This document shows, piece after piece, positions 1 to 10,721 of a DNA stretch of 64,000 bases (within the stretch, counting starts at the first letter, position 1; every line of letters starts with the position of its first letter). Source of the DNA: Candidatus Bathyarchaeota archaeon (GTDB lineage Archaea > Thermoproteota > Bathyarchaeia > 40CM-2-53-6); contig CAWJRR010000002.1 in the NCBI GenBank assembly GCA_963845275.1, positions 268,901-332,900 on the forward strand, in the 5' to 3' direction. The position numbers were made by a program, and so were the translations under genes. The notes under the pieces were generated by a model. The model was not told where the DNA came from, did not search any database, and saw nothing but the letters and a program-made list of their open reading frames with translations.

Positions 1-1116
1 CCAACACCACTACTTAGGGCCAGACATCTTGAGAAGTATCTCAACACTCCAGCTGAAATCTACTACAAGTGTGAATACGTAAATCCTACTGGGAGTCACA
101 AACCGAATTCCGCAATTGCCCAAGCCTACTACAATATGGCGCAGGGATGTGAGAGGATCGTGACTGAGACAGGAGCTGGTCAATGGGGGTCTGCTTTGGC
201 TATGGCTGCTGCCCTTTTCGGTTTGCAGTGCAGCGTGTACATGGTTCGGGCAAGTTATGACCAGAAACCAGGACGCAGGATTATGATGGAGACTCTGGGC
301 GCGGACGTAGTCGCCTCGCCCAGTAAGAAAACACGATTTGGACAGAGCCTTCTGGAAACTGATCCAAACAATACCGGATCATTAGGAATCGCCATCAGCG
401 AGGCACTGGAGGACTGCGTGACTCATGACAACACTAGATACTGTTTAGGTTCCGTACTCAACCATGTGCTTCTGCACCAGACCATCATTGGACAGGAAGC
501 AAAGAAACAATTCGAAATGATAGGGGTTCAACCCGACGTTATCTGCGGTTGTATCGGAGGAGGATCCAACTTTGCTGGCTTCTCATACCCATTCATGGCT
601 GACAAGTTGAAGGGCAAATCAACCACAAAATTCGTCGCGTGCGAGCCCAAAGCCGTTCCGTCTACTACCAGAGGGGTCTACACATATGATTTCGGCGACA
701 CGGCTGAAATGACTCCATTACTCAAGATGTACACGGTTGGTCACAAATACCCGCCTCCTCCAATTCATGCGGGCGGATTACGATACCATGGAAAAGCGCC
801 ATCACTATCTCTGCTCATCAACAAAGGCTACGCATCTTCTGTCGCTTACTCACAGAATGAAGTCTTCGAGGCTGCACTAATTCTTGCCAAGACGGAAGGT
901 ATGATAACCGCTCCAGAGTCCGCCCATGTTGTGAGATACGTTATAGACGAAGCGCTACGATGTAAAAAGAACGGAGAGAAGAAGATTATCGCATTCAACA
1001 ATTCTGGTCATGGGCTCTTGGACTTGCAAGCGTATGACGCATACTTGAATCATAAGCTGCAAGATTATGAGCCTGCGAAAATTGAAGTACCTAAGATTCA
1101 CTCGCCTAGTTCCTAG
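1..1116 (+). CDS. trpB: Tryptophan synthase beta-like PLP enzyme, TrpB2 type (5' end lies outside the window)
   Basis: Frame 1 is open from base 1 ([45 protein letters not shown]...). It has the PLP-lysine context GSHKPN and the glycine loop [12 protein letters not shown]. The track ORF 136..1116 covers only the part after the first Met. Confidence 0.85.
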   Translation, partial: PTPLLRARHLEKYLNTPAEIYYKCEYVNPTGSHKPNSAIAQAYYNMAQGCERIVTETGAGQWGSALAMAAALFGLQCSVYMVRASYDQKPGRRIMMETLGADVVASPSKKTRFGQSLLETDPNNTGSLGIAISEALEDCVTHDNTRYCLGSVLNHVLLHQTIIGQEAKKQFEMIGVQPDVICGCIGGGSNFAGFSYPFMADKLKGKSTTKFVACEPKAVPSTTRGVYTYDFGDTAEMTPLLKMYTVGHKYPPPPIHAGGLRYHGKAPSLSLLINKGYASSVAYSQNEVFEAALILAKTEGMITAPESAHVVRYVIDEALRCKKNGEKKIIAFNNSGHGLLDLQAYDAYLNHKLQDYEPAKIEVPKIHSPSS

Positions 1117-1232
1117 TCTTCATGTGGAAAGAAGTTGGCACGCCCAGTTCAAGCAGTGAGAATGTTCATATTCCCTATCACGAATTTGACAATCCAAAGA
1201 AGAACCCCAAGCTGAGCGATAAGCCCGCTACT

Positions 1233-1475
1233 TCATGGCTGACTAGGCTTAATTTTCGAAAGGTCCATTTCTTGCAATCGAGCACGGAGCTCGTTAAGCC
1301 ACATATCAAATGGCTGTCTGGCTGGACAAGTGATTTTCAGTCTACCGTCGGCTAGCAGATCCACGGAGCCTGTTTCTTTCGTAGTTAATGGGATCATGAC
1401 AGCTTCACGATGCAGGTTGAAAGAATCGGTTACCTCGAGTATTTTCAGAATCTGGTCGGAACGTAGAGCAATCAA
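1233..1475 (-). CDS. Hypothetical small protein (80 aa)
   Basis: Balanced, non-repetitive translation. It is co-oriented with, and just downstream of, the wHTH gene at 1542..1865. The overlapping plus-strand ORFs look like shadow frames. Confidence 0.4.
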   Translation of the reverse strand: MIALRSDQILKILEVTDSFNLHREAVMIPLTTKETGSVDLLADGRLKITCPARQPFDMWLNELRARLQEMDLSKIKPSQP

Positions 1476-1541
1476 CCCTCAGTTCACGCTGCTATACTCA
1501 TCTTGGCTGTTTTTGGATTTTATGCTACGTTCGGATTGCAC

Positions 1542-1865
1542 TCAGGCGCGTATGTCGTACCAATGAAGCTGAACTGGTACTTGCGCCATTAATCGTGCTT
1601 CGTTGAATAGGTCAATGATTCGCTGTACAGGAGCATTGTCGCTGTTTATGCTGTAGACACAAACAGGCCCATAGTTCTTCACATGGATAAGATTCGCTGC
1701 GAGTAACTGACTCAAATGCTTTCGTATAACCTTCCTGTCTAAACCACTAAATTTCGCAATTTTGTAAATCGTCAAATCCTCGCCTCGATTCCGGGCTAGA
1801 ACTAATAGAATCCTCAACCGTGCCTCGCTGCCTAGCACTTTCAAGAGTAGAGGTCTAAACGGCAT
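1542..1865 (-). CDS. Winged helix-turn-helix transcriptional regulator (ArsR-like fold)
   Basis: Contains LRILLVLARNRGEDLTIYKIAKFSGLDRKVIRKHLSQLLAANLIHVKN, a typical wHTH recognition-helix and wing pattern. Confidence 0.6.
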   Translation of the reverse strand: MPFRPLLLKVLGSEARLRILLVLARNRGEDLTIYKIAKFSGLDRKVIRKHLSQLLAANLIHVKNYGPVCVYSINSDNAPVQRIIDLFNEARLMAQVPVQLHWYDIRA

Positions 1866-2191
1866 TGGTAATCAGATAATAAGAGGCCAAGTGCAGAGAT
1901 AAGTAAGAGAGTTAAGTGAAACTAGTATGTTGGTCTCTACGATAATTCTGCAAAAGGCTCGAAACTACTTATCTCTACGTATTTCTGGCTGCATAAATCA
2001 GTAAAACTTCAATCGAAACATGCAGGTACTATGATCGAATATTGAAAGGAAAGTGAGCAGATAAACTCATATCCACTCCTCTTCGAGTGATATCACTTGA
2101 TCCTCAATAAACAGGCAGGTTTAGATCTAGTCGGATATTCGGTTTGATTGAGCGTTTGGAACTTATCTTTCAGTAATCGTTAACTTCTCAG

Positions 2192-2668
2192 GTGAGAGGG
2201 TTCTTTCTGGAAGAAACGGGTGGCATTGGCTTGGTTGGTTGCGTATTCTGCGAAATAGTGAAGGGATCAACCCCCTCGCATGTTCTCTATCAAGACGAGG
2301 ACTACATTGCAATTCTGGACAAGTATCCGATTGCCTTCGGTCATACACTTGTGATGCCCAAGAAGCATTTCGAGAGAGTTAATGATCTCTCCATACGTGA
2401 ATTCGGCGCGCTCTATGCACGTGTGTACGCTCTAAATCGAATTATCATATCTAGAATGAATGCGTCTGCTTCCCATATTTCGATTAATGATGGTACGGCG
2501 GCGAATCAGCTGATTCCTCACGTCCATGTGCATATTATCCCCCGCAGCCTGAATGACAATGCAGGCTTCACAGCAAGGAAGCTGGTGAAGGCGGAGGAAA
2601 TGGATAAGCTCTGTCTGAAGCTTCGGGTCGATGCGTTAGATTCGATGTCTGAGCTGACTAGACCTTAG
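2192..2668 (+). CDS. HIT (histidine triad) family hydrolase
   Basis: Histidine triad HVHVHIIPR plus the N-terminal CVFCEIVKG motif. The true start may be the in-frame TTG at 2231, just before VGCVFCEIV. The 3' end overlaps the convergent gene 2636..4372. Confidence 0.85.
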   Translation: MRGFFLEETGGIGLVGCVFCEIVKGSTPSHVLYQDEDYIAILDKYPIAFGHTLVMPKKHFERVNDLSIREFGALYARVYALNRIIISRMNASASHISINDGTAANQLIPHVHVHIIPRSLNDNAGFTARKLVKAEEMDKLCLKLRVDALDSMSELTRP

Positions 2669-4372
2669 TCTTGCTAACTCTGGAACGATATTTGCAGGAT
2701 CCGTAATGGGAGCGCCACAAAGTTTCCCTAGACAGACGAACGCTGTCGGTGAATCTGAATTAGGGTAGCCCAATTCAGCGATATGCTTGGCGTCTCTTTC
2801 TCGGTCATATACCTGAATGACTTTTCTAGGTTCGTAGATTCGGTTCGACTCCGTTAAGAGCCCAATCGTCTGCGGTTCCTCTAAGGATCCGATTATTCTG
2901 ATCATGGTCGGTTCACTGATAAGAGCGTCTACTGCTAGAGCGTAGTCCGCCGCCATTAAACCGAATTGAGGAAATACATCAACGAATCGCTTCAGAGTCT
3001 CCTCGGCCAAATTATGATAATACTCCTCACCGGTTAGATGGTATAATTTGACCAGCACCCTACTTGCGACGCTGTTTTCATCCAATGGTTTTACTGGTTT
3101 GTTCAGGTATCCTGATGCATTTGGATCAATAGTAGTATCGAAAAATCCTCCATGTTCCCTATCATATAGCTTGTCAATCGCAGATCGGACTAACCCTTCA
3201 GCTCTTTGCAAGAATTTTCGATCGCCGGTGAGTTCATAGGCATGGCACAGAGTTCTTGCCATTTGTATCTGGTCGATAAGTTGAGTTGGTAGTTGTGGCT
3301 CATCATCGTAGTGACACATCTGTTCACCTTTGTAATTCAAGGACGTTAGCCTGTCTAGGCTCTTCATTGCGAAGTTTCTAATCGAAGCGTCTCCTAGAAT
3401 AACAGATGCTTCGAAGAAGGACGAGATCATGAGAGCATTCCAGTTGGTGTAGATTTGCTTGTCAACAAAGGGAGCCATCACTCTGAGACGTTCGTTCTTG
3501 GTGAGATTATAGTACTCTTCGTCTGCATCTTGGCTCCCGTAGAAGCATCCATTCTCAGGATCGCTTAACCACGTCATGACATATTCGAGTATGCGTTTTG
3601 CTACTGTTGCGTAGAACTGCTCCTCTGTTTCCTGGAATGCGTGAAGGTACAGCGAGAGCCATTTTGCATTATCTTCACTCATTTTTTCAAAATGGGGGAT
3701 ACTCCAGTCTCTAACAGTCGAATATCTGAAGAATCCACCCATCTCATTATCAAACAATCGACTCTTTCCAACGTTCTGAAGAGTTAAAGTGGCAATATTC
3801 AGGATTTCACGATTTCTGGTGTAATGATACTTCAAGAGGACAAGTTCATGCGCGTCAGTGTTTGGGAATTTGGGCTGTGAACCAAATCCCCCGTAAATCG
3901 AATCGAAATTGTTCGCTATGTCTCCTAGTACTTCGTCGACAATCGATATTGAAATGTCGCCAACGGGTGTGTTATCAGATTCGGGAATAAGAAGAGGAGA
4001 TGGTTTATCCTTCGTCTTCTCCCAAATTGAATAGACATCGCGTAGTATTTTTCGCATCTGGTCTGGTGGAAAATACGTGCCCCCGCCCATAACGAGGCCG
4101 CTAGGAGTCAGAAATGCTGTTGTTGGCCATCCGCCCATGTTGTATCGTCTATTTATGTCCGGTCGCTTGTCCGTATCGACGCGTATAGGTATGAAATGTG
4201 ATTCGATATATTCAGCGATCTCCGGGACTGAGTACGTGTCATGATCCAGTCTGTGACACCAGTGGCACCACACTGCGCTAATATCGAGTAGGATTGGTTT
4301 GTTCTCTATTCTTGCTCGCTGAAACGTTTCATCTTTCCAGTCACGCCACTTAATCGCATGTTCGTGTGCCAT
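2636..4372 (-). CDS. Thioredoxin-domain protein of the DUF255/YyaL type (thioredoxin-like N-domain plus alpha/alpha-toroid)
   Basis: N-terminus is KWRDWKDETFQRARIENKPILLDISAVWCHWCHRLD, with a CxxC. The ~580 aa length is typical of this family. Confidence 0.8.
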   Translation of the reverse strand: MAHEHAIKWRDWKDETFQRARIENKPILLDISAVWCHWCHRLDHDTYSVPEIAEYIESHFIPIRVDTDKRPDINRRYNMGGWPTTAFLTPSGLVMGGGTYFPPDQMRKILRDVYSIWEKTKDKPSPLLIPESDNTPVGDISISIVDEVLGDIANNFDSIYGGFGSQPKFPNTDAHELVLLKYHYTRNREILNIATLTLQNVGKSRLFDNEMGGFFRYSTVRDWSIPHFEKMSEDNAKWLSLYLHAFQETEEQFYATVAKRILEYVMTWLSDPENGCFYGSQDADEEYYNLTKNERLRVMAPFVDKQIYTNWNALMISSFFEASVILGDASIRNFAMKSLDRLTSLNYKGEQMCHYDDEPQLPTQLIDQIQMARTLCHAYELTGDRKFLQRAEGLVRSAIDKLYDREHGGFFDTTIDPNASGYLNKPVKPLDENSVASRVLVKLYHLTGEEYYHNLAEETLKRFVDVFPQFGLMAADYALAVDALISEPTMIRIIGSLEEPQTIGLLTESNRIYEPRKVIQVYDRERDAKHIAELGYPNSDSPTAFVCLGKLCGAPITDPANIVPELARLRSSQLRHRI

Positions 4373-4400
4373 TCACGTTGATCTCCAAACTCGGGGCATA

Positions 4401-4757
4401 CTAGACGGCAGGTGTCGGAGCTGATCGATTCGGTAGTCGTTTCTTGTAATCTGCAAGAATCTTGTCGTAGATATTGAGGGTATGATGCAACGACTCTTGT
4501 GACTTAGCGTGGCAGTATTCGTCGGGCTGTGGAGTGCTGATGCACTTCTCCCTTGCCGCCTCAACCATCTGCAAGGAGGTTTCGAAGTTTGGGCCCTTTT
4601 CTAACTTGAGAACTGCTATTAGTGCATTACAAGCGGAGAGGTGTGCACGCTTGCATTCTAAATGGCTCTTGTCCAATCGCTCTTGGTAGCACAGTTTGCA
4701 ACAGTCGAGTGCCGTACGTGCTTGCACCCAAGGTTGGACAAGAAATACTGCTTCCAT
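4401..4757 (-). CDS. Hypothetical cysteine-rich helical protein
   Basis: 118 aa with clustered Cys (DCCKLC, ECKRAHLSAC, EKC, EYCH). It lies directly upstream of, and is co-oriented with, 2636..4372. Family not resolved. Confidence 0.4.
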   Translation of the reverse strand: MEAVFLVQPWVQARTALDCCKLCYQERLDKSHLECKRAHLSACNALIAVLKLEKGPNFETSLQMVEAAREKCISTPQPDEYCHAKSQESLHHTLNIYDKILADYKKRLPNRSAPTPAV

Positions 4758-4892
4758 GCTTCGCGGAGTGGGATCCGGACTTTTATTGGTTACGCACTTG
4801 TCACAGATATCGGGAATGATCCAGAGATCATCTTACATCAAAGTAGCCTCATAGAGTGTAGTGAACGTCTACTTGACCTGATTAACTGCTGG

Positions 4893-6104
4893 TCAAGTTT
4901 GAAGAGGTTTGAGCTCCGTCAACCCCGGACCAGCGATGAGAATTGCTAGTCCTAAGGCTGAAATTAGTATTAGAAGTCCAGCGTAGAATAAACTCGTGAG
5001 TCCATATTTGTCAAGAAGATATCCTCCGAGCAGTGGGCCGATTATTGTACCTAGGCTTATGACTACGCTGTAGACACCCATAGTCGTCCCTCGACCCTGT
5101 TTCGGAGCAATGTCACCTAGTGAAGCAAGCGCGGCTGGCGCGAAAGCAAAACTACCTACCCCGAAAATAGCGAAAAACGGCATCAGATAGAGTGCGTCAA
5201 TATGCCATCTGAACATGGCAATCACCGTCGCAAAAAATCCTATCAACGAGAGCATGCCGAGCATCATTAGTCGACCGCGCCCATACTTGTCAGAGAGATG
5301 TCCGAAAAACGGTTGTGAAAACGCCAACACCAAGACCACTCCAGCGATCACCGAACTTGTAATCATAGGGGACGGACCCAGACGGGGCCCAAAAGTCAAC
5401 GCCATCCCGATGAATGTGGTAACCGACAACCAGATTGGAAACATAGCGGCCGCCCGCTTGTCACCAATCAAGAGACGTATCGTTTCAATCGGAGATAGAA
5501 CCCTTCTACTTCTTTGGCCACTTTTCTCCTTCACTCTGAAATAGGTATATGCTGCTCCAATCGCCGCGAGACCAGACCCTAGATAGAACGGTGCTAGCAA
5601 GGAATGAGTTCGCGCAATGACGCCTGCAGTGAAAATTCCAATCATATAGCCTCCCAAATTTGCGAAATCATAAATTCCCATTTCACGCCCTCGTGTAGAA
5701 ACTGTGCTGATATCAGTCACCATGGTGAGAGTACTTACAACGATCATCGCCGCAGCGACGCCTTGGATGGAATGCACGAACACCAGGTACGCTACGTCAG
5801 TACGCAGAGTAAAAGCAAAGAGAGCTATTGTAGAGAGACACAACCCTACCCAAATCCATCTCTTTCTCCCGAATCTATCTACTAGTATTCCAACTATAGG
5901 CCCGCAGACGGTTTCAGCTGCAGGATATGCCGCCGCGATTATTCCCACTACTAAGTAAGAGAATTCTTTTCTGGGAAGATATAGCGGCAGCGTGAATAGC
6001 ACTAGTCCGAAGCTGAAACGCATCAAGAAGATTGAGAAGTAGAGAGGAGAAGAAACAAGAAGCGCCCCTGTCGCCGATAGCTGTTTTGAGTAGTTTTTCG
6101 ACAA
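4893..6104 (-). CDS. MFS transporter
   Basis: 403 aa of multi-pass hydrophobic protein. It has the MFS loop motif GILVDRFGRKR and a second-half repeat, LSDKYGRGR. Confidence 0.85.
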   Translation of the reverse strand: MSKNYSKQLSATGALLVSSPLYFSIFLMRFSFGLVLFTLPLYLPRKEFSYLVVGIIAAAYPAAETVCGPIVGILVDRFGRKRWIWVGLCLSTIALFAFTLRTDVAYLVFVHSIQGVAAAMIVVSTLTMVTDISTVSTRGREMGIYDFANLGGYMIGIFTAGVIARTHSLLAPFYLGSGLAAIGAAYTYFRVKEKSGQRSRRVLSPIETIRLLIGDKRAAAMFPIWLSVTTFIGMALTFGPRLGPSPMITSSVIAGVVLVLAFSQPFFGHLSDKYGRGRLMMLGMLSLIGFFATVIAMFRWHIDALYLMPFFAIFGVGSFAFAPAALASLGDIAPKQGRGTTMGVYSVVISLGTIIGPLLGGYLLDKYGLTSLFYAGLLILISALGLAILIAGPGLTELKPLQT

Positions 6105-6267
6105 GAATTATCCCTAAGTTGTTGTATTGGACACTGCTCAATCATCCGCTTTTATGAAATTCAGATTGATAGGCGGCACCTGCATAAACCCAAGCGCATC
6201 CACGTTGGGAGATTCTTAGGCTTTGGCCTTACACATCAGAATTGAATTCAAATAGACGCTGATCGAC

Positions 6268-7056
6268 CTAGTCCAGTTTCTCTTTCTGATCTGTTGAACG
6301 AGATGCGTTCCAATTGTCAGGTTCTGATGACTGCGTGTACATGTCAATTCTTCCAATGCGCTGATCCTTTTCTACCAAACCATCCTTAATGGAGATAACT
6401 CTGTGAGTCCTTTCGGAAACTTCTGGGTTATGCGTCACAATAACAAACGTAGTACCCGAAGCCCTATTCACATTAACCACATAATCCAGTACCTCACTCG
6501 TTGACTTCGAATCAAGATTGCCAGTTGGTTCATCGGCGATAACTAGTGCAGGTTTCGTGACAAGGGCCCTCGCAATAGCCACCCGCTGTTGTTCTCCCCC
6601 ACTCAGTTCAGTCGGACGTTTGTTCCGTTTCGATGCTAATCCGACGGCACTCAATAATTTGAGAGAATTTTGCTTCCTGACCTCTTCCGCGGTTCCTCTC
6701 GAAATGAGGGGCAATTCAACGTTTTCGATAGCGGTGAGTCGTTGAATTAGATTAAACGATTGGTAGACGAAACCGATTCGCCTGTTTCGGAGCAAGGCCA
6801 GCTGGTCCTCATTCAGCTTGGTAATATTGACTCCATCTATGAATACTCGCCCAGAAGTTGCTCGGTCAAGGGCTCCGATGATGTTGAGCAGTGTTGATTT
6901 GCCACTGCCCGATGGTCCCATGATTGAGGTTAGTTCGCCGCGTTCTATCTTGAAACTTACTCCACGCAGAGCGGGATACTCTTGATGACCTACGCGATAT
7001 ACCTTAGTAACGTCGACAATTTGAACCGCGGCGGATCTTTTGGTAGGCCGTGACAA
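6268..7056 (-). CDS. ABC transporter ATP-binding protein (MacB/LolD-like)
   Basis: Walker [13 protein letters not shown] signature LSGGEQQR and Walker B LVIADEPT. Confidence 0.9.
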   Translation of the reverse strand: MSRPTKRSAAVQIVDVTKVYRVGHQEYPALRGVSFKIERGELTSIMGPSGSGKSTLLNIIGALDRATSGRVFIDGVNITKLNEDQLALLRNRRIGFVYQSFNLIQRLTAIENVELPLISRGTAEEVRKQNSLKLLSAVGLASKRNKRPTELSGGEQQRVAIARALVTKPALVIADEPTGNLDSKSTSEVLDYVVNVNRASGTTFVIVTHNPEVSERTHRVISIKDGLVEKDQRIGRIDMYTQSSEPDNWNASRSTDQKEKLD

Positions 7057-7180
7057 AGTTCCTCTAACTACGCAGCATAGTTGATTGATTTACGCCTTGC
7101 GCCTTGATACGCCATCAAATCGCCCAAAGAACTGACTCCGTGACTCTGATTTACACTAAGACATCGAGACAATCCGTCAA

Positions 7181-8428
7181 TCACTCATACTTCAGTGCGT
7201 TTACAATATTCATCTTTGATGCCCGCCATGCAGGATATAATCCCGCGAGTATCGACATGCCGACTGGAAAGAGTAAGCTGAAGATTATGAGCGGTATTGA
7301 GAAAATTGGGGGAGATGGGGCAGTTGACGCACCGGGACCTCCCCCTCCCCCAAAACCTCTTCCTCCACCAAAAGAGAGTGAGCCTCCCATAGCATATGCC
7401 AAAATGAATCCTAACCCGGTTCCCAGGAGTCCGCCAACTACTCCAGTGATTGCCGCCTCTGTGAGGAACATACTCATGATTTGTGCTCCCTTGAATCCTA
7501 ACGCTTTCAGTATTCCAATCTCTCTTGTTCTTTCCATCACCGCTACATACATCGTGTTAGCGATTCCTATTGCCGCCACAAATAGTACTACGCTCCCAAC
7601 ACTGCCCAGAAAGATAGTGAGCTGGCTTGTTACAGCTGATATGCTGCTTGCGATTGACCCAGCGTTGATTATGTTAACTTGAGTGCCGTAGATGCTCTGA
7701 ATCGCGGTTTGAACCGCAGCCACGTTATCGGTTGAGTCAACAGCTATGTAGATTGACGAGAAGTACGGGGTCTTAAGAAGAATTTGTGCTGCCTGCAAAG
7801 AGACGAAAATGTCGTTGTCAACATTAGCGAATAATGCTGATCCGTAAGGAGCAATAATCCCTTTCACCAAGAAACTCAGACTCGTCTTGCTACTTCCAAT
7901 CACCATAGACACAGCTTGATTGACTCCAACCAGTTGAGAGCCTCCTGCAAGCACGGGAAAAGCGACGCCGTTTCCAATGACAGCTGAAGTAGGGTCTCCC
8001 GATACTGGGTAGGATCCTTCAGCAAGCGCTATTCCATGAAAAACACTAGGTAAGAGTGTCAGGTCTACTCCGAACAGTGATCCAGAGAGAGTTTGCCCCC
8101 CAACCGAAATAGAAACCGATTTAGTTTCAACAGGTATTGCGCTCACCACGTCTGGAATTCTACTGAGTATAGGTAGATCCAACGGGCTCAATTGATACGA
8201 TGAAGTTGAACCCGAAATGAAGTTAGTGCTTGCTGCTCTTACAATCAGCGTGTTCGCACCTATTTTAGCAATGTTTGCTTGAACTCCTGCGCTTAATCCA
8301 CTGGTGCTTGCGACCAAGGCAAGGATGATTGCTGAGCCGATCATGATACCCAAGATTGTAAGTGCGCTCCGAACTTTCCTGTCAAGTAGTGCCGTTGCTC
8401 CCAACTTGAGCAAATCGATTGTTCTCAT
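7181..8428 (-). CDS. ABC transporter permease, FtsX/MacB-type with a large extracytoplasmic loop
   Basis: 415 aa with an N-terminal TM, a long loop and a C-terminal 3-TM FtsX-like bundle (REIGILKALGFKGAQI). Adjacent to the ATPase. Confidence 0.85.
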   Translation of the reverse strand: MRTIDLLKLGATALLDRKVRSALTILGIMIGSAIILALVASTSGLSAGVQANIAKIGANTLIVRAASTNFISGSTSSYQLSPLDLPILSRIPDVVSAIPVETKSVSISVGGQTLSGSLFGVDLTLLPSVFHGIALAEGSYPVSGDPTSAVIGNGVAFPVLAGGSQLVGVNQAVSMVIGSSKTSLSFLVKGIIAPYGSALFANVDNDIFVSLQAAQILLKTPYFSSIYIAVDSTDNVAAVQTAIQSIYGTQVNIINAGSIASSISAVTSQLTIFLGSVGSVVLFVAAIGIANTMYVAVMERTREIGILKALGFKGAQIMSMFLTEAAITGVVGGLLGTGLGFILAYAMGGSLSFGGGRGFGGGGGPGASTAPSPPIFSIPLIIFSLLFPVGMSILAGLYPAWRASKMNIVNALKYE

Positions 8429-8439
8429 TCAGTTCACCT

Positions 8440-9324
8440 TTACGGATAACTTGCTCCGAAGAAGACGTTATAGAGACTGCGCAGAATTGTAATAACCTCT
8501 CCGAGCAAGCCAGTGGGGCCACGAGGACCACGTTGGGTGAGTATGGCACTTGCCTTCGAAATCTGAATTTGTGAGCTTGCTTGGCTAGTGAGCGGTATTC
8601 CTGGACGATTATTATCCGTGGCGGAGACTTTCACCGTGAGCGTATAGTTTCCATCTGGAACGTTCTGTTTGAATAGGACGAGCAGGCTAAACGGTCTAGG
8701 AATGTTCGGATCGATTTCTCCAATAAAGTAGCTATTAATGGACCCTGGGAGAAGAGCGTCAGATTCAACCGTAACATTTGCGTCGTAAGCCGCAAGGTTT
8801 CCTGCGTTAAGCAGGCTGCCTGAGATTGTTGCGTTACCTCCCGGTGCAACCACTGTAGGTGTGAGCAGGATACCGTATAGGACTAAGCTGATCCACGCAT
8901 TCACTGAGAATCCAATATTGTGAACTTCCTGCGTGTAAGAAACATCGCCTAATTGCTTGTAAGTTGCCGTAACCGTTCCGACCTGTGCTAAAGTGCCAAT
9001 AGCAGAGGTAGGTGCATACACTTCGAAACTGATTGTAACCGCTTGACCATATGCGATGGAATCATAATGCCAATGATTATCGCCGTAAGCTGTCAACGTG
9101 GTGGGCACTGAAACGGAAATGTCAACATCATAGATCGCTATGTATCCGCTATAATTGTTGAGTACGGAGATTGTGACTGTGTTGTTGAAGCCAGCGGTAA
9201 GACTGTTACCGTTAATTGATACGTTCAGGTGGGCTGATGATTGTCCTTCGACAACAGAGGTTTGAGATAAGAGCGAGATTAAGAGTACTGCAATGACGAG
9301 ATAGCTGTATCTATATTTGTTCAA
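8440..9324 (-). CDS. Secreted beta-rich protein (CARDB/S-layer-domain-like)
   Basis: The in-frame TTG at 9324 gives (M)NKYRYSYLVIAVLLISLLSQTSVVEG, which is signal-peptide-like. It overlaps the upstream gene's TGA by 4 nt. The rest is repetitive beta-strand-rich sequence with N-x-S/T sites. Confidence 0.6.
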   Translation of the reverse strand: MNKYRYSYLVIAVLLISLLSQTSVVEGQSSAHLNVSINGNSLTAGFNNTVTISVLNNYSGYIAIYDVDISVSVPTTLTAYGDNHWHYDSIAYGQAVTISFEVYAPTSAIGTLAQVGTVTATYKQLGDVSYTQEVHNIGFSVNAWISLVLYGILLTPTVVAPGGNATISGSLLNAGNLAAYDANVTVESDALLPGSINSYFIGEIDPNIPRPFSLLVLFKQNVPDGNYTLTVKVSATDNNRPGIPLTSQASSQIQISKASAILTQRGPRGPTGLLGEVITILRSLYNVFFGASYP

Positions 9325-10280
9325 ATTGTGCCTTCCTGGAGAGCTTTGATTCTTGCGTCTAACGTGGGTTGCTTGTCGAATACTCCAAACCATCGATGTC
9401 TGCCAGAGTGGAACAAGCACGCCATCCCAACTGATGTAGGCGGAGTGGCCACCTCATAGTGGGCTTCGCGTATCTTAGAAAGTGCTGACACTAGAGCGTT
9501 CGGTCCACCAACCAGCTTGGAGGCCGTGCTGTCCGCTAAGTGTTCACGAGATCTGTACACCGCAGGCTCTATCAAGTAACTAAGAGGACGTGAGAATAGG
9601 CCAACCTTCGCCATGGTGGCGAAGAATCGAAGAGTGAAATCTTTGTTCTTCAAATGTGATATCTCATGTGCAAGACACGCCTCAACCTCCGCGGGCCTCA
9701 ATGATTCCAGCAGCCCGACTGAGACTACAAGAACGAATCCCTGCTGTGATCGGGTTATGAACGCCCATGGGATCCCCGAATCTAAGAGGCTTACATGAGG
9801 CATCTGCACGCCCGCAGTCGCGGCCAGCTTCTTGACGATTCGTTGAACGTATGGTGGAGGGTCGAGAAACTGATATTGAGGGAAAAGTCGGGTCAACGGC
9901 ATACGAGATTTTCCAAATTCCACGTACGTTGCAACAGCAAACGCTGCTACAACGCCAGTTATTGCTAGACCTAGATTAACATCAAAGAAGATTGAGAAAA
10001 AATGACGGATGCCTTCAGAAACTGGGTCTGGGTGCATTAACTCCATATGCAATCCTATTACGATAAGTTGCAGGCTCTGATAGAACATTAGAGCTAAAAC
10101 GCAGAGAAGAGTTATTGATCTGCCTCGAAAGGATCGTTTGAAGGATACTGATAAAATTAGAGCCAATAGTGTAAGGATGATCAGAAGCGGCGAAAGAAAC
10201 CCAGCGAAGCCATGGGCAGTAACTGGCCCCAGAAACACCCAGGCTAGTAATATGAACAGCCTGGGGGAGTATTCGATCAT
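9321..10280 (-). CDS. Membrane M48-family zinc metalloprotease (BlaR1/HtpX-like sensor-protease)
   Basis: HExxH motif HEISHLKNKD follows four N-terminal TM segments. There is a 4-nt overlap with the upstream BlaI-like gene. Confidence 0.8.
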   Translation of the reverse strand: MIEYSPRLFILLAWVFLGPVTAHGFAGFLSPLLIILTLLALILSVSFKRSFRGRSITLLCVLALMFYQSLQLIVIGLHMELMHPDPVSEGIRHFFSIFFDVNLGLAITGVVAAFAVATYVEFGKSRMPLTRLFPQYQFLDPPPYVQRIVKKLAATAGVQMPHVSLLDSGIPWAFITRSQQGFVLVVSVGLLESLRPAEVEACLAHEISHLKNKDFTLRFFATMAKVGLFSRPLSYLIEPAVYRSREHLADSTASKLVGGPNALVSALSKIREAHYEVATPPTSVGMACLFHSGRHRWFGVFDKQPTLDARIKALQEGTI

Positions 10281-10705
10281 TCTTTCGCCTTATCTTTCAG
10301 TTTTTTGAGGTATTTCGAAATAACCCTTCGATCTTCTGGGCCGTCAGCCATCCTGTCGGTTAGATACGCGACGGTCACGTCATTGAAGCCTCTTAAAAGT
10401 GCTCCCATCACATTATGTACGACCACATGCTTGAACTGGTCCTCTGTGACTCGTGCCGAGTACACGTAGTGCGGGCCGCCCTCCTTAATCAGCTGCCTAG
10501 CAACAATACCCTTCCTGTATAATCTGTCCAAAATCGTAGCGACAGTCGTTACTGCAACAGGTCGGCTTTTTGATATCTTTCTCTGAAACTCTTTGACCGA
10601 GAGAGATTCATCCGTCTCCCAGAGCCGTTGAAGAACAGTTGCTTCAAGGTCACCTAGGGCGAAGCGTAAGTCTCGGTTGGTTGGGTGCAGAACTTGCAGT
10701 CTCAA
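10277..10705 (-). CDS. BlaI/MecI/CopY-family (penicillinase-repressor type) transcriptional regulator
   Basis: LGDLEATVLQRLWE...SVKEFQRKISKSRPVAVTTVATILDRLYRKGIVARQ matches the wHTH of this family. Start codon is TTG at 10705. Confidence 0.75.
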   Translation of the reverse strand: MRLQVLHPTNRDLRFALGDLEATVLQRLWETDESLSVKEFQRKISKSRPVAVTTVATILDRLYRKGIVARQLIKEGGPHYVYSARVTEDQFKHVVVHNVMGALLRGFNDVTVAYLTDRMADGPEDRRVISKYLKKLKDKAKE

Positions 10706-10721
10706 ACAGTGATTACCGCAG

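Noticed and set aside
7104-7682. 192-aa plus-strand ORF with a PPPPPKPLPPP tract
   Set aside because: It lies antisense to the glycine-rich region of the FtsX/MacB permease (GGGRGFGGGGGPG). The proline run is the complement of that glycine run.
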